From the NCBI GenBank assembly GCA_965204115.1, contig OZ241963.1:377548-441547 (forward strand): 64,000 bases of DNA. The letters run 5' to 3'. The translations under genes were made by a program, and so were the position numbers. This DNA comes from Minisyncoccota bacterium (lineage in GTDB: Bacteria > Patescibacteriota > Minisyncoccia > Phycocordibacterales > JABAAK01). Below, piece by piece: positions 45,665 through 54,316 of this stretch (position 1 is the stretch's first letter; every line of letters begins with the position of its first letter). Under the pieces are notes generated by a model. It searched no databases. It had not been told where the DNA came from and saw nothing but the letters and a program-made list of their open reading frames with translations.

Positions 45665-47155
45665 ATGACTGGAAAAAATACGCTCTCTTTGTCGGTGCCC
45701 GACTTTGTCGTGGGGGTCGCGCAGACACTCCATACCGCCGGATTTGAGGTGTACCTTGTCGGCGGGTGTGTGCGAGGACTGATTATGGGGCGGGAGATTG
45801 CTGACTGGGATTTCACGACGAATGCCACGCCGGAGCAGATACAGGGACTGTTTGAGCATACGGTATGTGAGAATGACTTCGGCACGGTTGGGGTGGTGCT
45901 GGATGGGATCCCTGACGGCGAACAGGATCATACCGTTGTTGAGGTGACTCCGTATCGCAAGGAGAAAGGATACAGTGATAACCGCCGTCCGGATGAAGTG
46001 GTTTTTTGTGATTCTCTTGACGAAGATTTGTCGCGGCGGGACTTTACCATTAACGCGCTGGCGTATAATCCGGTGACGAAAGATTTGGTGGATCAGTATG
46101 GCGGCATTGCTGACCTCCACCAGGGGCTTATCCGCTCGGTCGGCGATCCCGCGGAGCGATTTGAGGAGGACGCGCTGCGCCTTATGCGCGCAGTGCGCAT
46201 TGCCACACAGCTCAACGGCACGATTGAAGCGGGAACCCTTCGGGTAATACAGGAGAAGTCCGATACACTCGTGTCTATTGCCGCGGAGCGTGTGCGGGAT
46301 GAGTTTGTGAAACTTGTCATGGCTGAAACACCGGATGTCGGCCTTCGACTTTTATTGCAGACCGGCCTGCTGGCGCACATCATTCCTGAGTTGCTGGAGG
46401 GAGACGGCGTTGAGCAGAGTCAGGCACACCGGTACGATGTGCTGGAGCACAGCATCCGGACACTCGCGCATAGCGGCGTGAAGCAGTTTCGTCTTGAGGT
46501 GCGGCTTGCGGCACTGCTGCACGATATCGCCAAACCGAAGACCCGGGAGTGGCATGAGGGTCGGGGGGATTGGTCGTTTCACGCGCACGAGGTGGTTGGC
46601 GCGCGGATGGTGAGAAAGATTTTGCGGCGGCTAAGGTTTTCAAAAGAGGTTGCTGATACTGTCACGCTGTTTGTCCGATGGCATATGTTTTTCTCCGATC
46701 CTGATAAGGTTTCTCTCTCCGGGGTGCGGCGGATGGTCGCGCGGGTGGGCGAGCAGCATATCTGGGATTTAATTGACTTGCGAGTGTGCGATCGTATCGG
46801 CACCGGCAGGCCGAAAGAGCAACCCTACCGATTGCGCAAGTATATTTCCCTCATTGAAGAGGTGCTGCGGGAACCGGTTACCCCCGGCACACTTGTTATA
46901 GACGGGACGGCGTTGATGCAGGAGCTTGATCTTAAACCCGGACCGATGGTCGGACACATCCTCCACATTCTGCTTGCGGAAGTGCTGGATGATCCTGAGA
47001 AAAATACCGCGGATGCGCTGCTTGCCCGCGCGAAAGAGTTGTCAGTACTGCCTGAGAAAGAGCTCGCCATACTCGGCAAGCAGGGAAGGGTGCGGCGGTT
47101 TGAGGAGGAGGAGGGGCAGGTTGCAGAGATTCGGAAAAAGTACAAAGTTGATTGA
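45665..47155 (+). CDS. cca: CCA-adding enzyme / class II tRNA nucleotidyltransferase with HD domain
   Basis: YLVGGCVRGLIMGREIADWDFTT (GGxVRD..DxD head-domain motif) and HDIAKP HD motif. The ORF track start at 45485 would overlap tRNA-Leu; start placed at MTGKN (ATG 45665). Confidence 0.8.
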   Translation: MTGKNTLSLSVPDFVVGVAQTLHTAGFEVYLVGGCVRGLIMGREIADWDFTTNATPEQIQGLFEHTVCENDFGTVGVVLDGIPDGEQDHTVVEVTPYRKEKGYSDNRRPDEVVFCDSLDEDLSRRDFTINALAYNPVTKDLVDQYGGIADLHQGLIRSVGDPAERFEEDALRLMRAVRIATQLNGTIEAGTLRVIQEKSDTLVSIAAERVRDEFVKLVMAETPDVGLRLLLQTGLLAHIIPELLEGDGVEQSQAHRYDVLEHSIRTLAHSGVKQFRLEVRLAALLHDIAKPKTREWHEGRGDWSFHAHEVVGARMVRKILRRLRFSKEVADTVTLFVRWHMFFSDPDKVSLSGVRRMVARVGEQHIWDLIDLRVCDRIGTGRPKEQPYRLRKYISLIEEVLREPVTPGTLVIDGTALMQELDLKPGPMVGHILHILLAEVLDDPEKNTADALLARAKELSVLPEKELAILGKQGRVRRFEEEEGQVAEIRKKYKVD

Positions 47156-47238
47156 TACCTGTTTTTTGGTACAATGTGGTACAGAATTGATTTTGAAACA
47201 CACAGCAGTATATTTTTAGTTATAAGGAGAAAATACTA

Positions 47239-47634
47239 ATGGCTGAACAAGAATTGATGGCAGAGTCACCTTTGTATCTCTTGCTGCTCCCGCAGATTGA
47301 GCGGGAAACGATTACCGTGCGTCCGACACACCGGAAGGAAACAACGCTTGAGGTGCCGCTCTTGTCTCAGAATAATGAAGTACCCCTCACCACCGGCAAC
47401 AAACAAACGATCAACGCCATGCGAGATATTGCGCTGGAAAAGAATGAGGTGGTGTGTATTACTATTGAGCCCCACGAGAGTTTGCAGTTCTTTCTGGAAT
47501 TCTTCTTTTATATGAACGATGTAAAGGTTGCCTTTTTTGATGCGGACAGCCAAAAGTACACAGTACTTAACGGCGCGCCTCGGAAAATAAGAAACCGAGA
47601 GCGGGGGATCTTGCAGGAATTTTTTCCGGCGTAG
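47239..47634 (+). CDS. Hypothetical protein
   Basis: AGGAG RBS 8 nt upstream, followed by a rho-independent terminator on the same strand. The overlapping minus-strand ORF 47266..47643 is rejected. Confidence 0.5.
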   Translation: MAEQELMAESPLYLLLLPQIERETITVRPTHRKETTLEVPLLSQNNEVPLTTGNKQTINAMRDIALEKNEVVCITIEPHESLQFFLEFFFYMNDVKVAFFDADSQKYTVLNGAPRKIRNRERGILQEFFPA

Positions 47635-47650
47635 TAACACCATTAAAACA

Positions 47651-47676
47651 AAGGGCTGTTTTCAGCCCTTTTTTCT
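47651..47676 (+). terminator. Rho-independent terminator (AGGGCTG-TTTT-CAGCCCT + T6)
   Basis: 7-bp GC-rich stem followed by TTTTTT, seen directly in sequence. Confidence 0.7.
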
Positions 47677-47720
47677 GTACCGGATATGCCTGACACGGTG
47701 CGTGTTGTATACTGCAAGCA

Positions 47721-48131
47721 ATGGCAGAAACTATTTTTCAAAAAATCATTGATGGGGGAGTGCCGGCAGACAAAGTGTATGAGACGGATCAGGTGTTGGC
47801 GTTTTTAGACATCAAGCCGGTGCACAAAGGACACACACTGGTGATACCGAAAACAGCAGTTCGGGATATTTTTTCACTTAGTGATGAAGATGCGGCACAT
47901 GTAATGCAGGCGATTGTGGTGGTGGCAAACGCGGTGAAGCAGGTGACTGATGCGCCCGGGGTGAACATTATCTCAAACAATGGCTCTGCGGCTGGGCAGG
48001 AAGTGTTTCACTTACATTTTCATATCATTCCACGGTTTGAGAAAGGTGAGTTCCATCCGTTTCCACACACATCGTATGAAAGTGATGATGAGCGAGCGGC
48101 ATATGCGAGGAGAATTATGGGTGCGGTATAG
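47721..48131 (+). CDS. HIT-family (histidine triad) nucleotide hydrolase
   Basis: VFHLHFHIIPR histidine-triad motif; 136 aa. Confidence 0.85.
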   Translation: MAETIFQKIIDGGVPADKVYETDQVLAFLDIKPVHKGHTLVIPKTAVRDIFSLSDEDAAHVMQAIVVVANAVKQVTDAPGVNIISNNGSAAGQEVFHLHFHIIPRFEKGEFHPFPHTSYESDDERAAYARRIMGAV

Positions 48132-48141
48132 GGTGTGGTTT

Positions 48142-48708
48142 TTATAGTTTCACTGCACCTTGACGCAATATTTTTATAGCACTGCCGCGCGCATCCACGA
48201 CCGTGCTTGCCGGTCCGCGTAGTTCTCCTGCGTCAATTGCCACGGTGATGCCGCTCGGTATCTGCTGCAGGATTTCGCTGACGGTGTGCGGATCTTCTTC
48301 GCCGCTGATATTCGCACTCGTTGCGGTGATTGGTCCGTATGCGGTAGCGAGGGTGCGGCACAGCTCGTTGTCCGGTATGCGGACACCGATTGTCTCTTCA
48401 GGGTTTTTCTTACTCTTGAGGATGATGGTCAGTTTGCCCGGGAGATGTTTGGACAGTGCTGCAGCGGTGTCGGTGAGATGTGCGTATTGCCGCACCTGCT
48501 CAAGGTCTGAGAAAATGTATGACACCTTTCTCTCCTGCGGGCGCTGTTTGAGTGCGAACAGTTTTTTCATAGCATCCGGCTGTTGCGGATCCGCTCCGAG
48601 CGCGTAGAGCGTGTCGGTCGGGTATACGATTATGCTGCCCGCTGCAAGTGTTTCGCACATCTTCTTAATAGGGGTTTCTTTTTCAGTGTAGATAATCGTT
48701 TCACTCAT
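48142..48708 (-). CDS. tsaC: L-threonylcarbamoyladenylate synthase TsaC/YrdC
   Basis: IIVYPTDTLYALGADP .. KLFALKQRP .. TSANISGE pattern of the YrdC/Sua5 family; 188 aa. Confidence 0.8.
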   Translation of the reverse strand: MSETIIYTEKETPIKKMCETLAAGSIIVYPTDTLYALGADPQQPDAMKKLFALKQRPQERKVSYIFSDLEQVRQYAHLTDTAAALSKHLPGKLTIILKSKKNPEETIGVRIPDNELCRTLATAYGPITATSANISGEEDPHTVSEILQQIPSGITVAIDAGELRGPASTVVDARGSAIKILRQGAVKL

Positions 48709-48716
48709 AGGTAATA

Positions 48717-49262
48717 CTATGCGCTGTTGTCGGCAATGTCTGTGACTGGTTTTCTCGGAGTTCGTTCTTCCGTTTCATTTGCCTTCTGTGTTGGTTTGCC
48801 GACCGCTATAGCGGCAAAGATTTCGTACTCCTTTTTATCCACACCTAATTCACTGTACGCGCGCACTTCATCAAAACCGCCCATCGCATGCGCGCTCAGT
48901 CCAATGAGGTGCGCCTGCAGCGCCAATGCCATCCATGCGGCGCCGGTGTCAAAGGCGTAGTGTCTGTTTTGCTCTCCGGTCTCGCTGAGTATTCGTTTCG
49001 CCGCGAGGAAAAAAATGATTCCTGCGTTTTTTGCCCACTCCTGATTCCCGTCAAAAAGTAGATTGAGGAATTTCTTCTGCTGATTGTCGGTTTTGGGGTA
49101 GAAAAATTTCCACGGTTGCTCGTTATAGCTGGACGGCGTCCAGCGCGCTGCTTCAAGCAGTGTGTCTATCTGCTCCTGCGTGAGCGCCGTGCCGTCATAA
49201 TCACGACTGCTCCATCGGTTGATGAATTGCGGTGCGACTCCTTCTGCGTCGGTCTTTTTCAT
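48717..49262 (-). CDS. Nitroreductase-family oxidoreductase
   Basis: RWSSRDY .. LLEAARWTPSSYNEQPW typical of the nitroreductase fold; 181 aa. Confidence 0.75.
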   Translation of the reverse strand: MKKTDAEGVAPQFINRWSSRDYDGTALTQEQIDTLLEAARWTPSSYNEQPWKFFYPKTDNQQKKFLNLLFDGNQEWAKNAGIIFFLAAKRILSETGEQNRHYAFDTGAAWMALALQAHLIGLSAHAMGGFDEVRAYSELGVDKKEYEIFAAIAVGKPTQKANETEERTPRKPVTDIADNSA

Positions 49263-49290
49263 TGTCTGTAGTATAGCAACGGTATTTGTT

Positions 49291-49385
49291 TCTGTGAAAC
49301 GAGTGTATCAAAAAGCTTGAAAAATAAAGGCGGGTTGTCCTGTGAAACGCGTGAAACACCGTTTCACGCGTTTCACAGGTCATCC
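49291..49385. promoter_or_regulatory. Nested near-perfect 39-bp palindrome CTGTGAAACGCGTGAAACACCGTTTCACGCGTTTCACAG plus an extra CTGTGAAACG copy; candidate operator in a divergent intergenic region
   Basis: Arms are exact reverse complements. Half-sites are related to, but arranged differently from, the parS half-site GTGAAACA. Confidence 0.5.
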
Positions 49386-49484
49386 ACAGAACACCCATAA
49401 CGGATTCACAAATTATATTTGTATCTGCTATAGTATGAACAGGGTTTGTGTACATTCTATTTCTATCTTGTAGGAGGTTTTAAA

Positions 49485-49841
49485 ATGTATGTACTCATTA
49501 GGGTAAAGGAGGCAGGTTTAGAGAAAAAGTTTGGATTTCTGTCAACTCCCAAGCCGGATGGTTTGTTTCGACGAATGGTGTATGAGATAAAATTTCTTAT
49601 TTCATACTTTAAGTTTAGATTTCATTGTACGAATGTAGAAGTCCGAAAAGGTGAGCGACCTCCGAGATTTCCGGTTTTAGTGCTTGAAAGGCCTATTTCA
49701 AAAGATTCCGGAGGGTTGCTCAAAAAATTCCACCACGGGTGTGAGGCCGTGGTTGAAAAACATAGAGGGAACTATTATGTTGTATGCTCTGACAACTCGT
49801 TATGGTATCCTGGTGACACAGTTTCTGTTGAAAGCGTGTGA
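49485..49841 (+). CDS. Hypothetical protein
   Basis: AGGAGG RBS 8 nt upstream of ATG 49485; followed by the hairpin at 49851-49870; no recognised domain. Confidence 0.45.
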   Translation: MYVLIRVKEAGLEKKFGFLSTPKPDGLFRRMVYEIKFLISYFKFRFHCTNVEVRKGERPPRFPVLVLERPISKDSGGLLKKFHHGCEAVVEKHRGNYYVVCSDNSLWYPGDTVSVESV

Positions 49842-49850
49842 TCCCTGAGT

Positions 49851-49880
49851 CGCAGATTGGTAGATCTGCGGCTCTTTTCT
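49851..49880. terminator. Bidirectional terminator hairpin between convergent genes (CGCAGAT-N6-ATCTGCG + T-run)
   Basis: 7-bp stem followed by CTCTTTTCTTT on the + strand, located between the stop of the + gene and the pgk stop. Confidence 0.5.
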
Positions 49881-51041
49881 TTATGCGGCAGGAACCGCTT
49901 CCGTTTGCTTGATTTTCTTCTTGAATGCCTCAAGGACCGGCAAGGTTCCTTTCGCGAGGTAGGTGAGAAGCGACCCGCCGCCGGTTGAGATAAATTTCCA
50001 GTCGTCCATTAGGTCGTGCTGCTCCAGCAGCGCGGTTGTTTCGCCACCGCCGGCGAATGAATATGTTTGTGTTTTTGCGACGAGTGCGGAGAGTGCGGCG
50101 GTCTGAGCGTAGAACCCTTTTTCATACCAGCCGAGAGGTCCGCTCAGGAGTACTGTCTTCGCGCCTTCGAGGTGGTGCTGTATCGCCTTGAGCGTTTTAT
50201 CACCGATGTCAACAATTATTTCATCGGGTTCAATTTCTTGTAATGGTATCATTCTCGTTTCGGTGAAATCTTCTTTTGCGACGATGACATCATGCGGCAA
50301 GATAATATTTCTATTGTTTATTGTGCTCTCTGCGATAGGAGTGTCGGTCACCTTTGATGCGCCGATTTGTAAGCCTCGCTGTTTGAGCATGGTGTTCGCG
50401 ATGACGCCGCTGACAAAAACGGTTTGGTATGAATCCAGTAGCCGTTCAATGAGTGGTATTTTTGTTTCGCACTTCGCACCGCTGACGATCGCGATTGCCG
50501 GTCTTTCCAGTCGTTCTGTAAGGCGGAGTGTCGCGGTTACTTCTTCATAGAAAAGCACGCCCGCGTATGATGGAAGTTCATTGATGAGTCCTGTCGTTGA
50601 TGCGTGCTCCCGGTGCGCTGCGGAGAAGTCATCAAAGACAAACAAGTCGGTTTGCGCCACGATCTCTTCAACCAGTAGATTGTCATTCTCCACCTCTCTC
50701 GGATCTGTTCTGGTGTTTTCAAGGAGCACTGCTTCACCGGGTTGCAAGTTCTTCCGCGCGGCATAGGGCACTTCGCCTGTTAGGTGCGGGACGAAGGAGA
50801 GTGGTGTTATCTTGTTCAGCGCCTGATGCACCGGCGCGAGCGTTTCGCCCTCTCTGCCAAGATGCCCGATCACAGTAATGCACGCGCCTTTTTGTTTGAG
50901 CAGATCAATTGTTCGCGCGGTTTTTTGCAGGCGGAACAGTCCGGCGACTTCGCCGTCTTGAATCGGCGCATTGAGTGATGCGCGCAGCAGCACGCGCGCG
51001 CCGTGTGGAAGGTGTGTTTGCTGTATTGACGGGAATAACAT
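49881..51041 (-). CDS. pgk: Phosphoglycerate kinase
   Basis: RASLNAP, GHLGRE, DDFSAAHREHAS, GGGET and STGGGS motifs align with the Pgk family; 386 aa. Confidence 0.9.
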   Translation of the reverse strand: MLFPSIQQTHLPHGARVLLRASLNAPIQDGEVAGLFRLQKTARTIDLLKQKGACITVIGHLGREGETLAPVHQALNKITPLSFVPHLTGEVPYAARKNLQPGEAVLLENTRTDPREVENDNLLVEEIVAQTDLFVFDDFSAAHREHASTTGLINELPSYAGVLFYEEVTATLRLTERLERPAIAIVSGAKCETKIPLIERLLDSYQTVFVSGVIANTMLKQRGLQIGASKVTDTPIAESTINNRNIILPHDVIVAKEDFTETRMIPLQEIEPDEIIVDIGDKTLKAIQHHLEGAKTVLLSGPLGWYEKGFYAQTAALSALVAKTQTYSFAGGGETTALLEQHDLMDDWKFISTGGGSLLTYLAKGTLPVLEAFKKKIKQTEAVPAA

Positions 51042-51042
51042 A

Positions 51043-51780
51043 CTACAAGGTGTGAAGAATGGTGTTCGCGGTTTCTGCGTTGGTGCTTGCGCGGCCGAGG
51101 AGGAAGCCGTTTGCTCCCGCTGTTTCTGTGATCCCTTCCGCGTTTTCCACGCTGACTGATCCGCCGTACAGGATTGGGGCGTCCTGTATGCTGTTTTTAC
51201 TGAGAACAGCTCGGAGCAGGTCGGTGGTGTGTTTTATTTTTTCGGGTGCGAGCGCGTCCTGCGCGCCGATGTACGCTGTTGGTTCGTATGCCACGATGAT
51301 GCGCGGTGCGTTGCCGGATTTTTTTTGCAGTTCCTCTTTGTTCAGTCGCAGCACCTCTTCTAACTGCTGCGCTACCTCTTCGCCGTTGCCGTCTTCATTT
51401 TCCTCCTGCTCACTCAGGCAGAGTATCGGTGTCAGTCCGGACAGCAGTGCATGTTGTGTTTTGTCGGCGACCATGGGGTTGGTGACTCCCGCTGCGCGGG
51501 TTTCTGCGTGTCCGACGATGGTGTGGGACATGCCCGCAGCGGCTGCCTGCGCGCCGGATATATTTCCGGTTCTCGGGTTGTCGGGGGAGATGGAGATGTC
51601 CTGCGCTCCGAGTGCGATATTTTTGCCGTGTATCGTTTTTGCAACATCCTGAATATGGAGTGCTGATGGGCATACCACAACCTCCACCCTGTCGGAATCT
51701 TCCAGCGCGCCCGCAAGAGTGACCGCGTCATTCGCGGTGGTGATGTAGGTTTTCCAATTGTAGACCAGGAAAGGTTTCAT
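51043..51780 (-). CDS. tpiA: Triosephosphate isomerase
   Basis: YNWKTY, GHAETR, AYEPTAYIG and YGGSV motifs; start placed at MKPFLVYNWK (an internal Met of the listed ORF). Confidence 0.85.
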   Translation of the reverse strand: MKPFLVYNWKTYITTANDAVTLAGALEDSDRVEVVVCPSALHIQDVAKTIHGKNIALGAQDISISPDNPRTGNISGAQAAAAGMSHTIVGHAETRAAGVTNPMVADKTQHALLSGLTPILCLSEQEENEDGNGEEVAQQLEEVLRLNKEELQKKSGNAPRIIVAYEPTAYIGAQDALAPEKIKHTTDLLRAVLSKNSIQDAPILYGGSVSVENAEGITETAGANGFLLGRASTNAETANTILHTL

Positions 51781-51848
51781 ATCTATAATTGTACACCGCA
51801 TACTTCGGCTGTTGCGTATATGGGAATTGTAGGGTACAGTATAGGTAT

Positions 51849-52094
51849 ATGGCTAAACAATGTCCAATCTCACAAAAGACCGGCGCTGTTGGAGGCGGGT
51901 ATAGTAATCGTACCCGTGCGACGAAGTATAACCCGACCGGCAAAGTGCGTAAGCAGACAAACACCCACAAGAAGAAGATATTTGTTCCGTCACTCGGTAA
52001 GACGGTGAAGGTTGCTATGACCACAAAAGGACTTCGCACCCTGAAAAAGAACGGTGCTGAAAAAGTGCTGCGGAAGGCGAAGGTGGTTTCGTAG
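51849..52094 (+). CDS. rpmB: 50S ribosomal protein L28
   Basis: MAKQCPISQKTGAVGGGYSNRTRATK.. matches the bL28 family; the ORF-track N-terminal extension is rejected and the start placed at MAKQC. Confidence 0.8.
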   Translation: MAKQCPISQKTGAVGGGYSNRTRATKYNPTGKVRKQTNTHKKKIFVPSLGKTVKVAMTTKGLRTLKKNGAEKVLRKAKVVS

Positions 52095-52103
52095 TTGTGG
52101 CTG

Positions 52104-52784
52104 CTACCACTCAATTGGTTGTTTGTTGTGCTGTTTGAGGTAGTCGTTTGCTTGACTGAAGTGTTTGCAGCCGAAGAAGCCGCTCGCGGCGGAGTAGGGA
52201 GAAGGATGCGGGGCAGTGAGGATGCAGTGGTTGCTTTCATCTATAAGGTGCTGTTTTTGTTTTGCGAAATTGCCCCAGAGCAAAAAGACGAGGTTGTCCC
52301 GCTTGTCTGACAAGAGGCGGATGACATCGTCGGTGAATTGTTCCCAGCCGATGTCGCGGTGCGAGGTGGGCTTGCGGGCTTCCACCGTGAGGATGGCGTT
52401 GAGCAGGAAGACTCCCTGCGCTGCCCAGCGGGTGAGGTCGCCGTTGGGAGGCGGGGTAGTGCCGAGATCGCTTTGTATCTCTTTAAAAATGTTTTGCAGG
52501 GAGGGCGGAGAGTTGGTGCCTTCCGGAACTGAGAAGCAGAGGCCGTGTGCCTGCCCGATGCCGTGGTATGGATCCTGCCCGAGTATGACAACCGCCACCT
52601 TGTCAAACGGACAGGAATCAAAGGCGTTGAAAAGATTTTTCGGGTCAGGGTAGATGGCTTTTGTCGGGTCTTGATATCGCTGCCGCACGGTGTCCCGCAG
52701 GTCGCGCATATATGGCTCGGCGAGTATTGGTGCCAGGTTTTCTTTCCATGATGGCTCAATTTTGATGTCTGATTTCTCGGTCAT
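52104..52784 (-). CDS. ung: Uracil-DNA glycosylase (family 1)
   Basis: VVILGQDPYHGIGQAHGLCFSV and the NAFDSCPFD region align with E. coli Ung. Confidence 0.9.
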   Translation of the reverse strand: MTEKSDIKIEPSWKENLAPILAEPYMRDLRDTVRQRYQDPTKAIYPDPKNLFNAFDSCPFDKVAVVILGQDPYHGIGQAHGLCFSVPEGTNSPPSLQNIFKEIQSDLGTTPPPNGDLTRWAAQGVFLLNAILTVEARKPTSHRDIGWEQFTDDVIRLLSDKRDNLVFLLWGNFAKQKQHLIDESNHCILTAPHPSPYSAASGFFGCKHFSQANDYLKQHNKQPIEW

Positions 52785-53430
52785 TGTACATTTTTGGTAA
52801 CATTGATTTTGGATCCCACTGCCGCATCATTTCGTCAAGGTTTTCGGTTGTTTGGTATTTACTGCCTTGCTGTATGTAGTTATCCAGCTTTATCTCTCCT
52901 GTGTCAAAAAATATAATTTGTGCGATGCGTCTCCCCACGATGAGGGGGATGCGGTGATGCCTTGAGTTGTTTGTTATCTCCATTGTCCACCGATTGGTGT
53001 AGCCGACATCACCCCAGCCGGCGCATTTACATACTTCAATAAAGTTTCTCCCCCATGATGAACGGGCTTTCATCATCGTGGTGATGTGAATTCGCCCACC
53101 GATAAATTCTTCAGTGTGTGCCAGCACGGTCTCCCCCGGAGAGAGGACGATCACCCGGTCATCTTCAGCGATGCCCGTGAACTCAAACGGTTCATTTTTA
53201 AACACTTCTTTTGCCGGCTTTGCCTGCTGTGGTTCGGTGCCCCATACCTGCTCCACATCCTGCTGATTGCATGGATTGTATACATCATGCGTGTTATTTT
53301 TTTCTGAAAAATAATACTCGCCAAGTGCTACATCATAACTTGCGGTTGAGAGGTTTTCCTCCTTGAACGGGGTGATAACGATGTGCCCCTTTTCCATCTC
53401 ATCAAGGATTCTCTTGTCTGATAACGCCAT
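52756..53430 (-). CDS. dcd: dCTP deaminase-like (dUTPase-superfamily) protein
   Basis: N-terminus MALSDKRILDEMEKGHIVITPF..SYDVALG parallels Dcd; the 3' end overlaps the ung start by 29 nt. Confidence 0.6.
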   Translation of the reverse strand: MALSDKRILDEMEKGHIVITPFKEENLSTASYDVALGEYYFSEKNNTHDVYNPCNQQDVEQVWGTEPQQAKPAKEVFKNEPFEFTGIAEDDRVIVLSPGETVLAHTEEFIGGRIHITTMMKARSSWGRNFIEVCKCAGWGDVGYTNRWTMEITNNSRHHRIPLIVGRRIAQIIFFDTGEIKLDNYIQQGSKYQTTENLDEMMRQWDPKSMLPKMYNDREIRHQN

Positions 53431-53515
53431 ACCGTAGTATACAATATGTTCAGTGCCGGCGAAAAGAGGCGTAACTGCCCATATTGCCAGAATAATCTGC
53501 CGGCACTCCCTATTT

Positions 53516-53588
53516 CCACCTGTAGCTCAATTGGTAGAGCGCGTGTCTTATACACACGTGGTTCCTGGTTCGAGTCCAGGCGGGTGGA
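53516..53588 (+). tRNA. tRNA-Ile (anticodon TAT)
   Basis: Acceptor CCACCTG/CGGGTGG (one G-T pair), anticodon stem CGTGT/ACACG with loop CTTATAC, T-arm CCTGGTTCGAGTCCAGG. Confidence 0.65.
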
Positions 53589-53696
53589 CTGTTTTAGGTA
53601 ACTAAAGAAATCTATTTATGTATTCCCTGTACTCATATGTTTGTGCGCCTTAGTGCATGGAGCGATCTGGTGGAATGTGCCTCGTACGCTTCGTAG

Positions 53697-54233
53697 TCAC
53701 TTTTTCATCTTCATATGCTCAAGTGCGAGTTTGCGCATGGAGATGGCGTTTTTTTCTGTGGCGGTCATTTCGGCAAAGGTCTCTTCATAACCATCAGGGA
53801 TGAATATCGGATCCCAACCGAAGCCACCGGTGCCACGAACGGTCTTTGATATCGTGCCGGAGATTTCTCCGACGAATATATGAGGTTGTGTGCCGTCAAA
53901 GAACCCTACTGCTGTTTTTGCCACCGCTTTACGATTTGTCTCGTCAGCGAGCATCTTGAGGATGCCCTCATTGCCGACCGTGTCAAGGAACCACTTGACA
54001 AGTGCTCCGGGGAGTCCCTTCCATGCGACATATTCCAGACCAGTGTCTTCAACCAATACAATCTTGTCGGTTTTATGAAAGGCGTCCTCGGCTTTTTCAC
54101 GCACGATATTCTCTACATCTACATCTTGCGGCTCGAAAAGATCAACTGAAATTTGCTTGAGATCCCGACCGAGGATTTCATTCACCTCGCGCCACTTATC
54201 TTCATTTGTGGTAGCAAAAAATTCCGGATACAT
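53697..54233 (-). CDS. Non-canonical purine NTP pyrophosphatase (Ham1/RdgB/ITPase family)
   Basis: FGWDPIF and upstream motifs of the Ham1 family; 178 aa. Confidence 0.8.
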   Translation of the reverse strand: MYPEFFATTNEDKWREVNEILGRDLKQISVDLFEPQDVDVENIVREKAEDAFHKTDKIVLVEDTGLEYVAWKGLPGALVKWFLDTVGNEGILKMLADETNRKAVAKTAVGFFDGTQPHIFVGEISGTISKTVRGTGGFGWDPIFIPDGYEETFAEMTATEKNAISMRKLALEHMKMKK

Positions 54234-54249
54234 ATGAATTATTTTACTA

Positions 54250-54290
54250 TATACACGCAGGCTCTTGGTTCAAGTCCAGACGCATGGCTG
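54250..54290 (+). pseudogene. tRNA-Ile 3'-half remnant (T-arm + acceptor 3' strand)
   Basis: TATACACGCAGGCTCTTGGTTCAAGTCCAGACGCATGG aligns to the 3' half of tRNA-Ile(TAT) at 53546-53588, with the T-arm 15/17 identical. Confidence 0.6.
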
Positions 54291-54316
54291 TATAATAGAT
54301 ATATCTTAAAAGACCT

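Noticed and set aside
47266-47643. 125-aa minus-strand ORF overlapping 47239..47634
   Set aside because: The plus-strand ORF has an AGGAG RBS and a same-strand rho-independent terminator; the minus ORF has neither.
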